Assembly: GCA_040954595.2 (NCBI GenBank)
Contig: CM082577.2
Location: 5,444,301 to 5,508,300 of the forward strand
Length of the DNA stretch: 64,000 bases
Direction of reading: 5' to 3'
Origin: Balanoglossus misakiensis
Lineage: Eukaryota > Animalia > Hemichordata
Shown here: positions 13,976 through 35,100 of the stretch, piece after piece
Layout: every line of letters starts with the position of its first letter
Numbering within the stretch: position 1 is the first letter of the stretch
Program-made: the position numbers and the translations under genes
Notes under the pieces: model-generated
Seen by the model: the letters and a program-made list of their open reading frames with translations, nothing else
The model's database searches: none
Told to the model about the DNA's origin: nothing

Positions 13976-15013
13976 CAAGGCAGATAGTATCATCACTTCG
14001 TGTCCGGTGGCCATGGTAACAAGTGTGCTCACACCACATTGAGTCTAAAAGTGTGACAAGAATCTGAAACTTTCATGGCTTATGAAGTGGCCGTGGTATT
14101 AACACCACGCGATCCAACCACAGCAAGTGTGTTCGCTACAAGTTCAGTAACAATATGATCGATAGTAACACCGGCCACTGTAATGCCATGGAACCATCAC
14201 TTCACATATATAATTTCATAAAATCAAAACGCTATAGCACACAAAGCTACTTTCAAGCATTTGTAAGAAAAGTCTGAAGGTCTGGAACTTGCGTGTGTCG
14301 CCTCACCATGTAACAAGCTTCTTTTGTATTAAAAAAATACAATGGTTTGTCGGCACAGAGGTAAACTGCCATGGGAGAGGAGGGGGAATAAAATAGACAA
14401 AAGACACAGCAATCAGATCATATAAAATGCCTGGAATTATCATTCCTTCTCCTTTTGCACAATCACACTATCCCTCTTTAAATTTTATGGATTTCTCCAT
14501 CCTCGATTGATTATCGCAAGAGGACATGTAGTGCCGACCAACTCAGAGAGCATACAAGTTGGCAATACACTAGAAGGCCCTGAAGTGAACATAGTTCACT
14601 TATTCTTATTGGCTACTATTGCAATCTAACACGGCAAACAACCAATCAGTGGCCACGTTTTGACAGTAAGCCAAGCAATGATATGGTTCACTTATTCCTA
14701 TTCGCTACGTCTGCAGTTCAACTTTTTCATGCGTTGCAAGACTGTGTAGTGAGTTCTAACCGTCAAGCTCTTTCAATTAAACGGGACTACGAAAGAGAAA
14801 AATTGTTGAGAATGTCTCGGTAATGAGCTTGCTGGGGCTGAAGTAGTCAAAGTTCAAAGTTGATAAGTGGAATTTGCATAGTCACATGAAAGCTGTTGAC
14901 TGTATAAAACAATCAAACGTAGCAGAAAGCATCGCTGCGGCAGAAATTAATGTGCTCTAGCAGTCTCAGTGACCTTTGACCTAACGATTTTGCCGCCAGA
15001 CCTTTGACTATTT

Positions 15014-15107
15014 TTAAACCCTTTCACCCCAATTTTCATGTATTCAGGTCGAACTTAACCAAAGGAAACAATGGATTTGGATCAAACCATGGTGGTGAGA
15101 GGGTCAA
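15014..15107. mobile_element. Short MITE-like element with piggyBac-style TTAA-CCC...GGG ends (degenerate)
   Basis: ACCCTTTCACC (15018-15028) vs GGTGAGAGGGT (15094-15104), 10/11 inverted match; TTAA-like flanks. Confidence 0.45.
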
Positions 15108-16807
15108 TACTTGCACAAGAGGCTACGCCAGTTGTCAAGGTTGCCCTTACAATGCTTACAGCAACCTTGTCAACTGATATAACTCACTTAGAGTCATGGT
15201 TTGTGAAACCCTTGTAGTTCATATGTATGGTTAGAATAATAACATTCCTGGGATTTACAAAGCATTGCTACACTGTAATGCATGGTAAATTCTAACAGAT
15301 ATTCAGATCACCATGGAGCATCATCACAATGAGGCCACCAATAAAAGTGGAGGACATTGTATTCATTTTTTTTAAGATGGACCATGACTGACTACTTCAC
15401 TTTCAAATTTTATTACAAATGAAAAATTGAATGTTGAAAAGAATATGCGGAATTATATTACAAATCTATATTTGCAAATATTTGAAAAAAAAAATAGGAT
15501 GAAGTTGAATAAACATACTCTTGTGTGTGGGTTAGGGCAGTAATGTTTGTGGTGTTGGATATTATCTACTGGATATGACACCAGGATAAAACCCATGTTA
15601 CTGAATTTATTCGAGACTGACCAATGTCTATCCAGACACACAAAAATCCCACCAGGCAACAGATTGTATTGAATTTGCATATTAACCAACTGCACCTGCT
15701 GAACAAACAGATGGCACATATTGCACAAACAGAGGGGGGTGGACATCAAAACTTGAATGCACAATTCTGGAATAGTGGGGGGGGGCATTGCAGTCATGTA
15801 CAGTCGTCTCGGATTTAGTGGCCAATTTTCGCAGTCTGTGGACAGGTGCACACCAGGTGCACGGAAATGTTGCAGCCAATAAGAAGAGAGATTTTGAGGT
15901 GCTGGAGGTTAGCACACAAACAGACGCCACAGCTCCGTTGCCAGGTGGTGAATTTCAGTCGTAAGACGTTCAGTGACCTGGGTTTCGCCTTGCTTGTGAA
16001 AATTGGAATGAGAGTTGTTGATAAGGCTTCAACACCACAATGAAATGTTTTCGTAGATTAAGAATCACAGTCATTATAAACAGTAACTGATTCCTTTCTT
16101 TGTTTTGTTTTTAAACTGCTCCTTATTCTGCTTAAAATTATCAAAAACGCAGAACAATTAAAGTTATTGAAAGTGTTATCCAAATCTTGATTTACAAAAT
16201 GTTTTTTACTTGTTTTATTTTTGTACATACAGGTTTTTTATGATTTGCTGCCTTGCCACACTGCATTTTTGCGCCACGTGTAATTATAGCAATTGCTGTA
16301 ATATTATTTCTTTCTAAGGAAAAAAACTGACATAGTCAGGCTCAGCCCACGATATGTTGGCAATTGCAAATATTTAAATTTATAATTTAAATGAAAGAGA
16401 ATATTCCACAACATTGATAAGGCAACAAGCAAAGATGTAAAAAAGTTTATGACTGACATTTTTGCTGAGGAAAAATGTTTCCTTTCATTTCGAATACAAA
16501 ATTTGCAGCATTTCATGGGTCATAAATAGTAATATTAGGTATTGTTATGTAAATGACGCAGCCAACCAATCCTGTGGTAGGAAACATTTTCCAGAGTGTG
16601 TGTTGGGCCAATCAGCACGCCTGTTACATTGGTGTTGTGTGTTCAGCAGCATGGCAAGGCATTTTCTGTGTTGGATCAATTCTAGACGTCTAAGGCAGGC
16701 AAAGTCCTGACTTTCACCTGAATAGTGATCTGCTGTGAGAATCAAAAAAACTTTCTACATACATTAGGTACATGATAAAAATGCTGGATATTTTCTACAA
16801 AGTGCCT

Positions 16808-24809
<8,002 letters not shown>

Positions 24810-25384
24810 CTTTTTATTCACAATGCATAGCGCCCCCACGCGTCAACTTTTTAACCCGGCATGTTGGCCATCCTTTCACACGCCGTCCAAACTTTACATA
24901 TTTATATGAGCTTCTAACAAAAGTTAAACGGAAAATATTTAATTCCTATGAATGGTTTGATGTAATTTACTTAGCGTTATATCCTTAGTTCGTCGAGAGT
25001 ATTATGCACCAATATACGCCAATATTTAAAATATATTCTGTGGATTGAGGTTGATCAAGATAAAAAATTAAAATAGCGCCATCATACGATTTTCAGTGGT
25101 TAATCTTTTTACCACAGTTCGTAGTCTTTCTAAAAGTCCCAAGATTCAATTGTATTGCTTTTGTTGCCATTAAATCGAGTCTGTGTTGCATTACTTTATC
25201 ATTACTTCCGCCTGATAAGCTTTATTGTTATTTCTGTTATACAAAAATCAGTTTGTTATCACATTCTTATCGAAATATAAAATCTAACAAATGTTGATTT
25301 TGACGTAACAAGACTATGGTAAAGCTCATACCCTCCGCCATCTTGGGAACACCGGCGACCGACATTTGGAAATAGTGAAGTAAA
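24810..25384. promoter_or_regulatory. Bidirectional promoter region KCTD5/ATP5PD
   Basis: 575 bp between divergent ATGs. YY1-type GCCATCTT motifs at ~24805 and ~25336; ETS-like ACTTCCG at ~25205. Confidence 0.7.
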
Positions 25385-26905
25385 ATGGCAAGTCGAAGGG
25401 TTGGCCAGAAAGCGCTCGACTGGGCTCTTTTTGCCGAACGAGTACCGCCAAACCAACGTGCACAATTCTTGGCACTGAAACAAAAATCGGAAGCGATCAA
25501 GGCAAAGTAAGTGAGACAAAACTGACTTGCCGTACCACTCGAATAAATGCCCTACATTGACTTCTGCAATACCGCACGTACGACTATCGGCCGTCAGCAC
25601 GAGCGGCCGGCAAGGACGGTATCCACGTTATGGAGACACGATTGTTCTCTTTGAAGACAAACTCTAAGTTGCATGTGTTACCTATTGTGAAAAAATTGTA
25701 TTCTATAAATTTAGTGCGATATGTAGTACCACCGACAGTGTCGCCGTTCAGGCGTACGTAGCATATCGGGGGGGGGGGGGAGACATGGTCGGAAATCCTG
25801 AGAAGACACTGTTGCCTTGGTGTGGTGTGGTGTGTTATGTCATCTTCTTTTATGTCCATAGTTATGTGTAGTTATCTTGATGAAATTCCATTTATTTTCA
25901 GGTATACCGCAACTCCAGCGAAACCTCCAGCAATAGATTGGGCATATTACAGACAGCGGGTTCCAGTTGCTGGGCTAGTTGACCAGTTTGAAAAGGCCGT
26001 AAGTATGGGTGATGACAGATAATACATTCATGATTGGCATGTTGTGAAGCATGCAAGCCTTGTGGAACACTTCTGAATGTACCTCGGGTACCAGCAAATT
26101 GATTTTCATCATGTGTGTATGTTTGTGTTGCAGTATGGCAGTCTAAAGGTACCAGTCCCTCAGGATACAGCATCAGCCAAAATAGACGAGCAGGTCAAGC
26201 AAATGGCAAGTATTCTGGAGTTTCTGTGTTTGTCGCTTGACGTGTACCTCACAAAAAGGGTTGTGCAGAAATGTGAATGAATATAAAATTGACATGCATA
26301 ATCCATACAGCTCTCTTTATACACAGGACCAGGTTGCTGTTGACTTCAAAAAGGAATCTGATCAACGCATTGCTAAACTTCAGAAGGAGGTAAATTTTGA
26401 GTTGTAGTAAGATGAAATCTCTGTCTCACTGAATCCCAACCCTCCATTTCTTACCCTGGCTTGTCATCTATTGCTTGCTGGTATTTATGTGGAGGAATAA
26501 CAAAATCTATACCTTAATCCCGTGTAGTGTTCACAATGCATTGCTACCTGGGTTACCTCTATAGAGACATACATCATACACATGATGCAATATTGCATTT
26601 GCAAGTTCTGATCATCTGAGTTTTGACAGAGAGCAATATGAATTTTGCATGGTGACCCCCTATTTTTTTTCTCAATTTACGAGAGAATAATATAAAGCTG
26701 TCTCGAGCAAAATTTGAGAGAGAAAGTTTTCGAGGTGCATTCTACTGTAATAACAATAAACGCATTTCCTGTTCAGGTTGATAGGCTAAACGGCATGATA
26801 CCCTTTGAAGACATGACAAAGGAGGAGTTTGCAGAGGCCTTCCCGCAGAGCGTGGAAGACAGGAAGAAGTATCCATACTGGCCACACTATCCATATTGGC
26901 AGTAA
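25385..26905 (+). CDS. ATP5PD: Mitochondrial ATP synthase peripheral stalk subunit d (~160 aa)
   Basis: Exons 25385-25506, 25902-25998, 26134-26205 (GC donor), 26327-26389, 26777-26905 (TAA). MASRRVGQKALDWALFAERVPPNQ, PPAIDWAYYR, IPFEDMT..F.EAFP, KYPYWPH match subunit d. AATAAA at 27126. Confidence 0.95.
26438..26572 (+). ncRNA. Putative box H/ACA snoRNA, copy A (ATP5PD intron 26390-26776)
   Basis: Hairpin CCTCCA...TGGAGG, H box ATAACA (26497-26502), hairpin TCTATA...TATAGA, ACA at 26567-26569. Sense to host; two paralogues in TMF1 introns. Confidence 0.65.
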
Positions 26906-29152
26906 CATGGTGCTTGGAGAGAGAACCCTTCGTTATCGCAGGCGTGTTGTTTTGTTTTGAATTGTGTGGGAATCGGCAGTTTGCCATTTTGTTGCACTAC
27001 CCCTAGCGCAGTGCAAGTGTTAGTGTGTTTTTCAAAACATACCTTAGATATTCAAAGCCATTAACTTGTACCATCTGATATGGATTCATACGCCGTAAAT
27101 GGCATTGTAATATAAATTAAAGTTAAATAAAATGGATTTGATAATTCTACAATGTTGTAGTCTGTGTGGGTAGTACTTCGACCGTTGTTTCTCAGAAGGT
27201 CACATGATGGGTGGCTAGTTCAGCACGGATATGAAAAGCTGAATGCACTGTCGATGTTAAAACACGGACACATTCATTAAATTGTCAGAGTGTAACCATT
27301 ACAGCATTTATTTCCCGTTTACAATATGTACATGGAAAATCCCGATCATCTGATACAGAATGAAAATTGTTTTACTCTGAAATTACAGATACAAACCCCT
27401 CCCCTCCCCTTACAGCTGCAGTCTATTGAGTTTGTAACATGTCCCCCATACATCTCTAGACACTGTAACACCCTCCCATGTCATCCCATTTGTGATGAAC
27501 CTTCATAAAACATAACCCATTTCAAAGAAAGTAATTCCTTTACATTTCACAGAAAAATTGCACAGTAGTTTCTCATAGCCACACATTGCTACTCAAAAAA
27601 GCAGCTCAGAATCGTGGCCATACATCACTCACTCTTATAAAGTGCGCCCCCAACGACGAAATTATTTTCCCCAGCCATGCTCTCAAACACCGTACAACAA
27701 TATTTCAAGACAGACCACAAAGCTTTGAATTGAAAGTCAGTAAACCTAAACAGGCAGTAATAAGCTAAAATAACACATCAAGTAAGTCTGAAATTTGGCC
27801 TCATTATAATCATGCAACATTTCTATACAATTATTGTGGAAAGAACAGTAGTATAAGTCGGAAGTGTTGAAGAAGGCCTATGGGTCCTCTTAATAATGAA
27901 ATACAGTACACACTTTTGCCACTATGGCACTCTTGTGGAATCTTTTTGTACTGCACTGTCCATGCCCATTCATAAATTGAGAAGTCACACTACCACCGGC
28001 AGAAAACAGGAAACGGTAATGTTGCCGATAAAGCTTAGACAAAGAGTAGTGCATAGTGTTTTACAGATTTCACTGTATATAGCCATTGCACCAACAAAAA
28101 TTGTCAATACTCACAATCTTCTAATCAGATCCCAACTTAAGCAGTGAGTTTTGTGGCAATCTCTAAGTGAAGATAATTTCTTGGTCACAACAGACAGGGT
28201 CTGGGATTCAACATTCACACAAAAAATGTCTATTCCTTTGATGTAAAAGCTGACTCCAGAACCTACCATGAAATCTGTCTCTATTATCACAAAATTTCCC
28301 CTCCCCTTGAAAAAAAGACCCATGCATTACACAAAGTTCGTCAAAACCCCCAGTAGCACCTTAAATTATATATGCAAATTTACAATTATTAAGTAGTCAT
28401 TATAAATTACAGCTTCAATCTGGAATTGAAGATAATTTCTAAAGTCATATATTTATTACACAATAAAAATTATGCACCCTTTCTTGCAGTTAGTTTACCA
28501 ATGAGCATATTCAATACAAATCTGCAAGATTATGTCAAAGGTCAGGTCAGGTCAGGTCAATGCACGTCAGCAACCAACACCAAGGAATCATGAAGCTCTA
28601 GACATTTATGAACAATTTTAAATCCTTTTTAAGTATACCGATACCTTTGCTCATACTGTATACCACAACAGCCAAAGAGGATATACATTTATTGCACTAT
28701 GTCGTCATTCTTGCGACTTCCGTATGAGAATTTTATCATCAATGCACTAACACCGTATAGCGTACTAAGAATTGCATATCTCAAGATGAAGGCAGACTGG
28801 AGTGTAGAAGGAGTCTGACAAGAGAAGACTCACACATTTAGTCACCAATTAATTATTCAAGTCCTCATCACATTGGTAATTTGTGAGTAAAACATCAGTT
28901 GTTCAGAAGTTGGTCCCCTGACCTTTGACCCACACATCACCCAGATACTGGGACGTCATCAGCATGTCTAACACTTTGAGTTGTACCATACACCACACAC
29001 TGATCCCAACAAATCCGAAAACCCAAATAGAGGACTGCAATACTCCGTCGCTGGTGTTTAGCTGTTACCATGGAAACATGCCATTTTCTGAAACCCCCGT
29101 TCCCGTAAATGGCCTTGAAATACCAACCATCCCTGGTAAGAACTAAGGTGGT

Positions 29153-32100
29153 TTACTTTGATTTTAGGAGTTCTTCAATCTGCCAAGAGAACACACAAAA
29201 CAGAGAATTACTGAAGTTTTCAAAGAAAAATAATCCAAAGGAAAATTTCACATACAATGCACGAGTCACACAATAATTCCACCATGGTCAAGAAATTAAA
29301 GTGAGTAAACAGCCACAGTTATTATGTACAGATATGTGTTTATCAACAAAGCTCTCTGAATTCTGGCTCCAAGCACGACACATGAGGTCATAGGTCAAAG
29401 TAATACTCAAGAAGAATTTAGTATTCGCAAGCACGTCAACATAGAAAAACTGATGAAAGTATTAGATAAATAGTTCATACTGCATACAGTTTGCGTTTTA
29501 TTCACCTGTTGTCTGTACATTGCTTTGACGTCTTGTAAATCTAGTTTCAGTTCCTCTGCTTCTTCCGCTTTCTCGCCATACATCTGTAGTACTGCATTGT
29601 ATTTGTGTTCAACCGCCTGAAATGGCACACAGACACAATCACAGATCAGTTTACAATTGGTATTTTACAATGGGGATGACAGTGCAGTCAACTGTCCTGT
29701 TGACTGGGTATTGGAGAAAATACCCACATGACATGTCTCTATAGAGGTAACCCAGGCAGCGATGCATTGTGAACACACTACACGGGATTAAGGTACAGAT
29801 TTTGTTGTTCCTCCACATAAATACCAGCAAGCAATAGATGACAAGCCAGGGTAAGAAATGGAGGGTTGAACTGTTATACACAGTGAAGTCATAGTAGTCA
29901 CTACCTCAGAACTAGTGGTATAAACTAGCCTTTACAGCAGAAATACCACAACAGACATGAACTTCTGACTCAGCTGTGTCATACAAATAAGACGTATACA
30001 GTGAAATCTGTCAGTAGGAACACCTCTCTAATAAGGACACCTCTATATACATTTCTTAAGACAAGAGCTATAATTTGAAAATGTTCCCTATCAAGACACC
30101 TCTCTGTTACGGGTAGTCTTTCTATTCCAGGCGTCCTTAATAAACAGGTTTATTCAAGTGTACAAAGATTTTACAGACTGCAGTTATTCATCCATAGCAC
30201 TTGAAAAAACTCACCAGTAACTTTCTCTGCATTTCAGGTATGTCAGAAACTTCCTCTTCAAGTGATTCATTGGTGTTACTCAGATTGACCAATTCCTCTG
30301 CCATGGACGTTCGAGTTCTCTCCAGCTGTGTGATAGTTGACTGTAGCCAAAAAAAATCAAAATCTCAGTAAGTCAATTTTTACTAACAGTCATGACTGAT
30401 CAAGGTATCCATGGTAAACTTGACATATGAAAGCAACGTAAACTGGATGCTCACTTGCTTGTTTTCGTAAATATTGCTACTTGAAATTTTCTCCATAGAC
30501 TTAACATATAGATTGGCGGCCATTTTGAATTTCGAATTTGAGGTACCATTCTACCTTTAATAAGGAACAGCAGAGTACAACTGAGATGACACCATTACCT
30601 GTAGCTGTGCAATTTCACCATCTCGCTGCTTGACTTGGGACTGTAGACTTTCCATGATGGCAGTGGCTGAACCAGTCATCATGCTATCATATATGCTCCC
30701 TGACATACTGGCTGTCATACTCTGCTCTAAGATATCACCCTGCCAAGTCAGCAAAAACACAGGCAGAAAGAAAATGGACAGGTTAATATTTACACATGGC
30801 AATACCATCGAGTGCCACAGAACACAGGGAACTGTGAAAATAATGTAATTACAGCAAAATTGAAGTGTCATACTAAAATGTTGGCAATGTAATCACATAA
30901 TTTATCAAGATAAAGTATTACCTGTGTAAGAGGTATTGATGGTAGAATTGGTGTTGACGTTACTGCTTCACTGGTAAAGCTCTCCGATCTTGAAATAACT
31001 GGAGTCTCCGGTCGACTGTTGACTTTGATATTTAGACTGAGTTCTTCAACTCGTTTCTCCTGTACAAAAGACAACAATGTACATCTCTCAGAGTTACTCT
31101 GCTAAAGCCTTATGTTCACACATACCCATCCACCCACAACAGTCCCAACCTAACACACATATTGGAATACAAAATGCTGAAAAGGATCGCTCTGTTCTTG
31201 CATAAAAACCTTCACAGTGAAATAACTCACAGATAAACATGTAAACAGAAAACAAAGTATGAGCTAAACGTAAAAACTATACGATGGAGTTCCTGTCTCT
31301 ATAGAGGTAACCCAGGTAGTGATGCATCGTGAACACACTACACGGGATTAAAGTACAGATTTTGTTGTTCCTCCACATAAATACCAGCAAGCAATAGATG
31401 ACAAGCCAGGGTAAGAAATGGAGGGTTTAGAACAAGAAGAATCACTTCTGCCAACACGGTACCAAGTCATCAACTTTCATTCTTAAAACAGTGAACCACA
31501 ATTTTGTATCCGAAGTAAAACTTACCTTGTCCTTCAAGGATTCCTGAGCCAGCATTAGTTTCTTCCTTTCCGTGTCCACTTTCAGTTTTTCCATTTCCAC
31601 TTGCTTTTCGAGCAATGCCTTGTCGCGTTCCAGATCTTCAATGGCTTTGGAGTAGGTGCTTCTGACAGCGTCTAACTGTATGGCTTCTCTGTAGCAATCG
31701 AACGGAAGGCAAAGGGGTCAGAAATCACACTGGGTATTTTCAAAAACATTTTTGTGTATTCAAGATTATCTCAGAGTCGAGTCCACTTATTTATAGACAA
31801 AGTACCAGCTACACATTTTCTCTCAACAATTCTAGTTTAAAGTTTGAATCAACTGCTTTAGTGACAAATAACCATTTTATACAACAGACAAAGTGACTCA
31901 CTTATTTTTAAAATCTTCCAAAGATTCCACCTTTGACTTCTCCATTTCCAGCTGAGCTGCCAGTTTGATCTTCTCCTGCCTTAGCATCATAACCTGCGAC
32001 TCCAACGTGGCCAACTTGGAGTTCATTTCCATGGTGTTCTCGGCCACCATGCGATCTTTCTCGGTCGCTGCGGCCAGCTGGGTCTGCGCCTCGTTCAGTC

Positions 32101-35100
32101 TCTCTGTCAGGCTCTTCTCAACCCTCTCCCAGGACGAAGACTGGGTGGTGAAGGTGGCCTGCAGGTTCTCGATCTGTCTAAGCAGTGGCCTTGTGGCTGA
32201 AGTCAAGAAAATAACCATATGAGTTCAATTAGACAGGTGGGTACCACTGACTTTTGCTCTTGCAAACATTTTGAGATGACAACTAGTAAAATGCAACATT
32301 TTCTGTGCAAAATTTTGGCCACTCATTTTAGCAGTGTGAAAGTTTACATCAAAATGAATATACTGTCCCTCACCAGCTGTGACACTTTGGCTGAGTTCTT
32401 GGTTTCTGTATTCAGCTTCTTGAAGTCGCTGCTGTAAATCGACAATTTCTTGCCTGAGATTGTCTTCTTTCCTGGCGTACTGCTGCTCAGCTCTGGTCAT
32501 ACTCATCCTCAGGTCATTCACCTTATGAGAAAAAAACCCATAGCAAACGATCAGGCAGGGTAGAAACCATGACAACTGGAACAATCTCCTAGCAAAGTGT
32601 TGGGTCAAGGGTTGTACGGGTTACCATAGGCGTCCCATATGATACAGTTGCCAGCAACAAGTAAAATTGGAAGCAAAGTGTAACTGATAAAATGTACATC
32701 ACTGAAAACAAAGTGGTTGTTATTTTGTATAACACTGTACATCATGGCCAACAATGCATTGTTACTTTTCACCACTTGGGCAGTTCAGACAACCATCCTC
32801 TTTTAAATTACCCGTGACGTACACACACAACTTACCTGGATAGCCAGACCCTCTTGTTCGTACTTTGCTTCTTGTTGGGCTTTCTCTAGGGCAAATCTTG
32901 TCTCCTCTTTCGCACTCATCTCTGCACTCAGCTGGGCTTCCTGGATTTTACTTTCTTTGGAGGCTATGGTCCTGTGTAACTCTGCGATCTCCCTGATCAC
33001 AAACAAAAACAGAAACAAGATAATTTTTAATTTCTTGGGGGGGGGGGGGGTACACGTTCTGCAAACAGAAGTAGTTTGAAATATCAACACTGCCACAGTT
33101 TTTCTTACTTGTACGATGCATCCAATGCAGACTGGGTACTTCTGACTTTTTCTTTGGCATCTTCAAGGTCGCTTGACAGCATGATGATTTGTTTCTCCTG
33201 TTTTTCAACAGCCGCATTCAACTTGGAAATGCCATCTGAAATGTGGGTAGTTTTAAAGTTATCAAAACTATAATGATATCATAGTAAAGACACAGAGACA
33301 ATCACACAGACACACACACACGCATGCATGCATGCACACTAATCAAAACCCCAACTCTGTCTTACCTTTCTGTTTCTTATCAATGTCTTCCTTAGCATCC
33401 AACACATCTCTCAAATGCGTTCCTTCATTTTGGGAGTCATCTAGCTGCTTCCTACGAAACAGGGATCACAGTGAAAGACTGATTAAAAGCTTTCATCCAA
33501 GTGATTGAGAAACACTATGTTAATTGAAGCCAATTATGAATAATTCATGTATTCGATTATACCATTCAGGAAATACCATGATCCTGAAAATAATTGTTTA
33601 CTTTATATTTGATAACTAATAGGTTAGATACTGCATGCATTTTCAAAGTTAAAAGTCATTACAGGCTTGGTTGAATTGATCAGGACAGCTCCGTACAAAC
33701 GTAGAATATGCAAAAAACTTCACACCTCATCTACATATACCGGTACTTCACATAGTCTTCTGAAGACATCACCATTGTTCTTATCCGAGAAAACACAGAA
33801 ATCCTTTGCAAAACATCCAGCATTCTTTTTCTCAAGTTTTATTTCCCCTATTAGGTTTAAATCCAGCTACAACATAGCATAAAAGGATTCTCCTTCCACT
33901 TGACCCACCCCCATTTCCATAAGGTAGGGACAAAGGGAAAGGGCACTGCACAGCTACATCAATATTTATGAGAAGACTACAAGGCATTTCACTACCAGTA
34001 TGTTACAATGGATTATACATATCAATGGCTGTTTATGACTTTCACTCTTCTTATTGTGTACATTCTTGCATTAATATACTTCCGATTACTTTGTTATTGC
34101 CGACAAAATAAAATTGGTATTTCACTGTTGATATGCGAATGAGATATAAAGTGGTCCCTGTTTATTGTGTTTTTAAAATTATCTGTGGTTTAAAATTGTC
34201 TGCTATCACAATCAACACTAAAAATAACTATCAATGAACACATGTTACACAAGTTTAATTCTGTTTTGAAAATTTGCAATGCTGTTACACGGTTGTTAAA
34301 TTTTACACCAAGGCCACTTAACCCAATGTAACTCAACTCTGCATAACTATTATATGCAACCTGGCCAATTTGCCGACTTCTCAAGTGTGTCATGTATGGT
34401 GCTTTGCTCTACGTGAAATCATGACTTGACAGCCACACATTTGGGAAAACATTAGCAATGATAACACAACCCCGAAACTAAAGCAACAGGATACATAGCA
34501 GAGATGAATGAGGTTTGTAATGACTGATGTCAAACAGAGATGAACTCACTTCAGCGATTTGATGAGTGCTTCATTCTCCTTCTCCTTGGCTCGGAGCTTC
34601 TTGATGATGTTGGAATTCTGGAGCTGTTGCTTGGACAACTTCTCTCCTTCCTGCATCAGTCCGTCGATCTGTTCATCCTTCTCCTCCAACAGCCTGGCAA
34701 ACTTTTCATCGTTTGATCTGAAGAAAGAAGGGGACAAGACGACAAAACAATGGAGTCAGCCATGTTGGACTGCACTGCAAAACAAATTTGATTTGCGCAT
34801 ATGGGATATCTAGGCCCTCATGTTAGACTGTCCACAATTCATCTCAATGATAAGTTGTAGATTTAGTGGAAAGGAAAACAAAGTAACTAAAAAATATGAG
34901 ATCATTTATCCATTCGACTTCTGATAATCAGACAATTTTCGCCAACAAAACGTCCATAAGACGACCTTTCATTTCATTTCACACACGATTCCGTAAAAAG
35001 CACTGCTCTCTGCCAGTCATCTGGAAACTGTACATACTTGTCATGCAACTGTTGGTAGGTGATCTGAACTTCTTTCTTCAACATATCTCTTTCCTGAAAT

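Noticed and set aside
26009-26076. Box C (GTGATGA) and box D (CTGA) in ATP5PD intron 25999-26133
   Set aside because: C box only ~10 nt from the donor, weak terminal stem, and no guide complementarity I can recognise; would need snoscan support.
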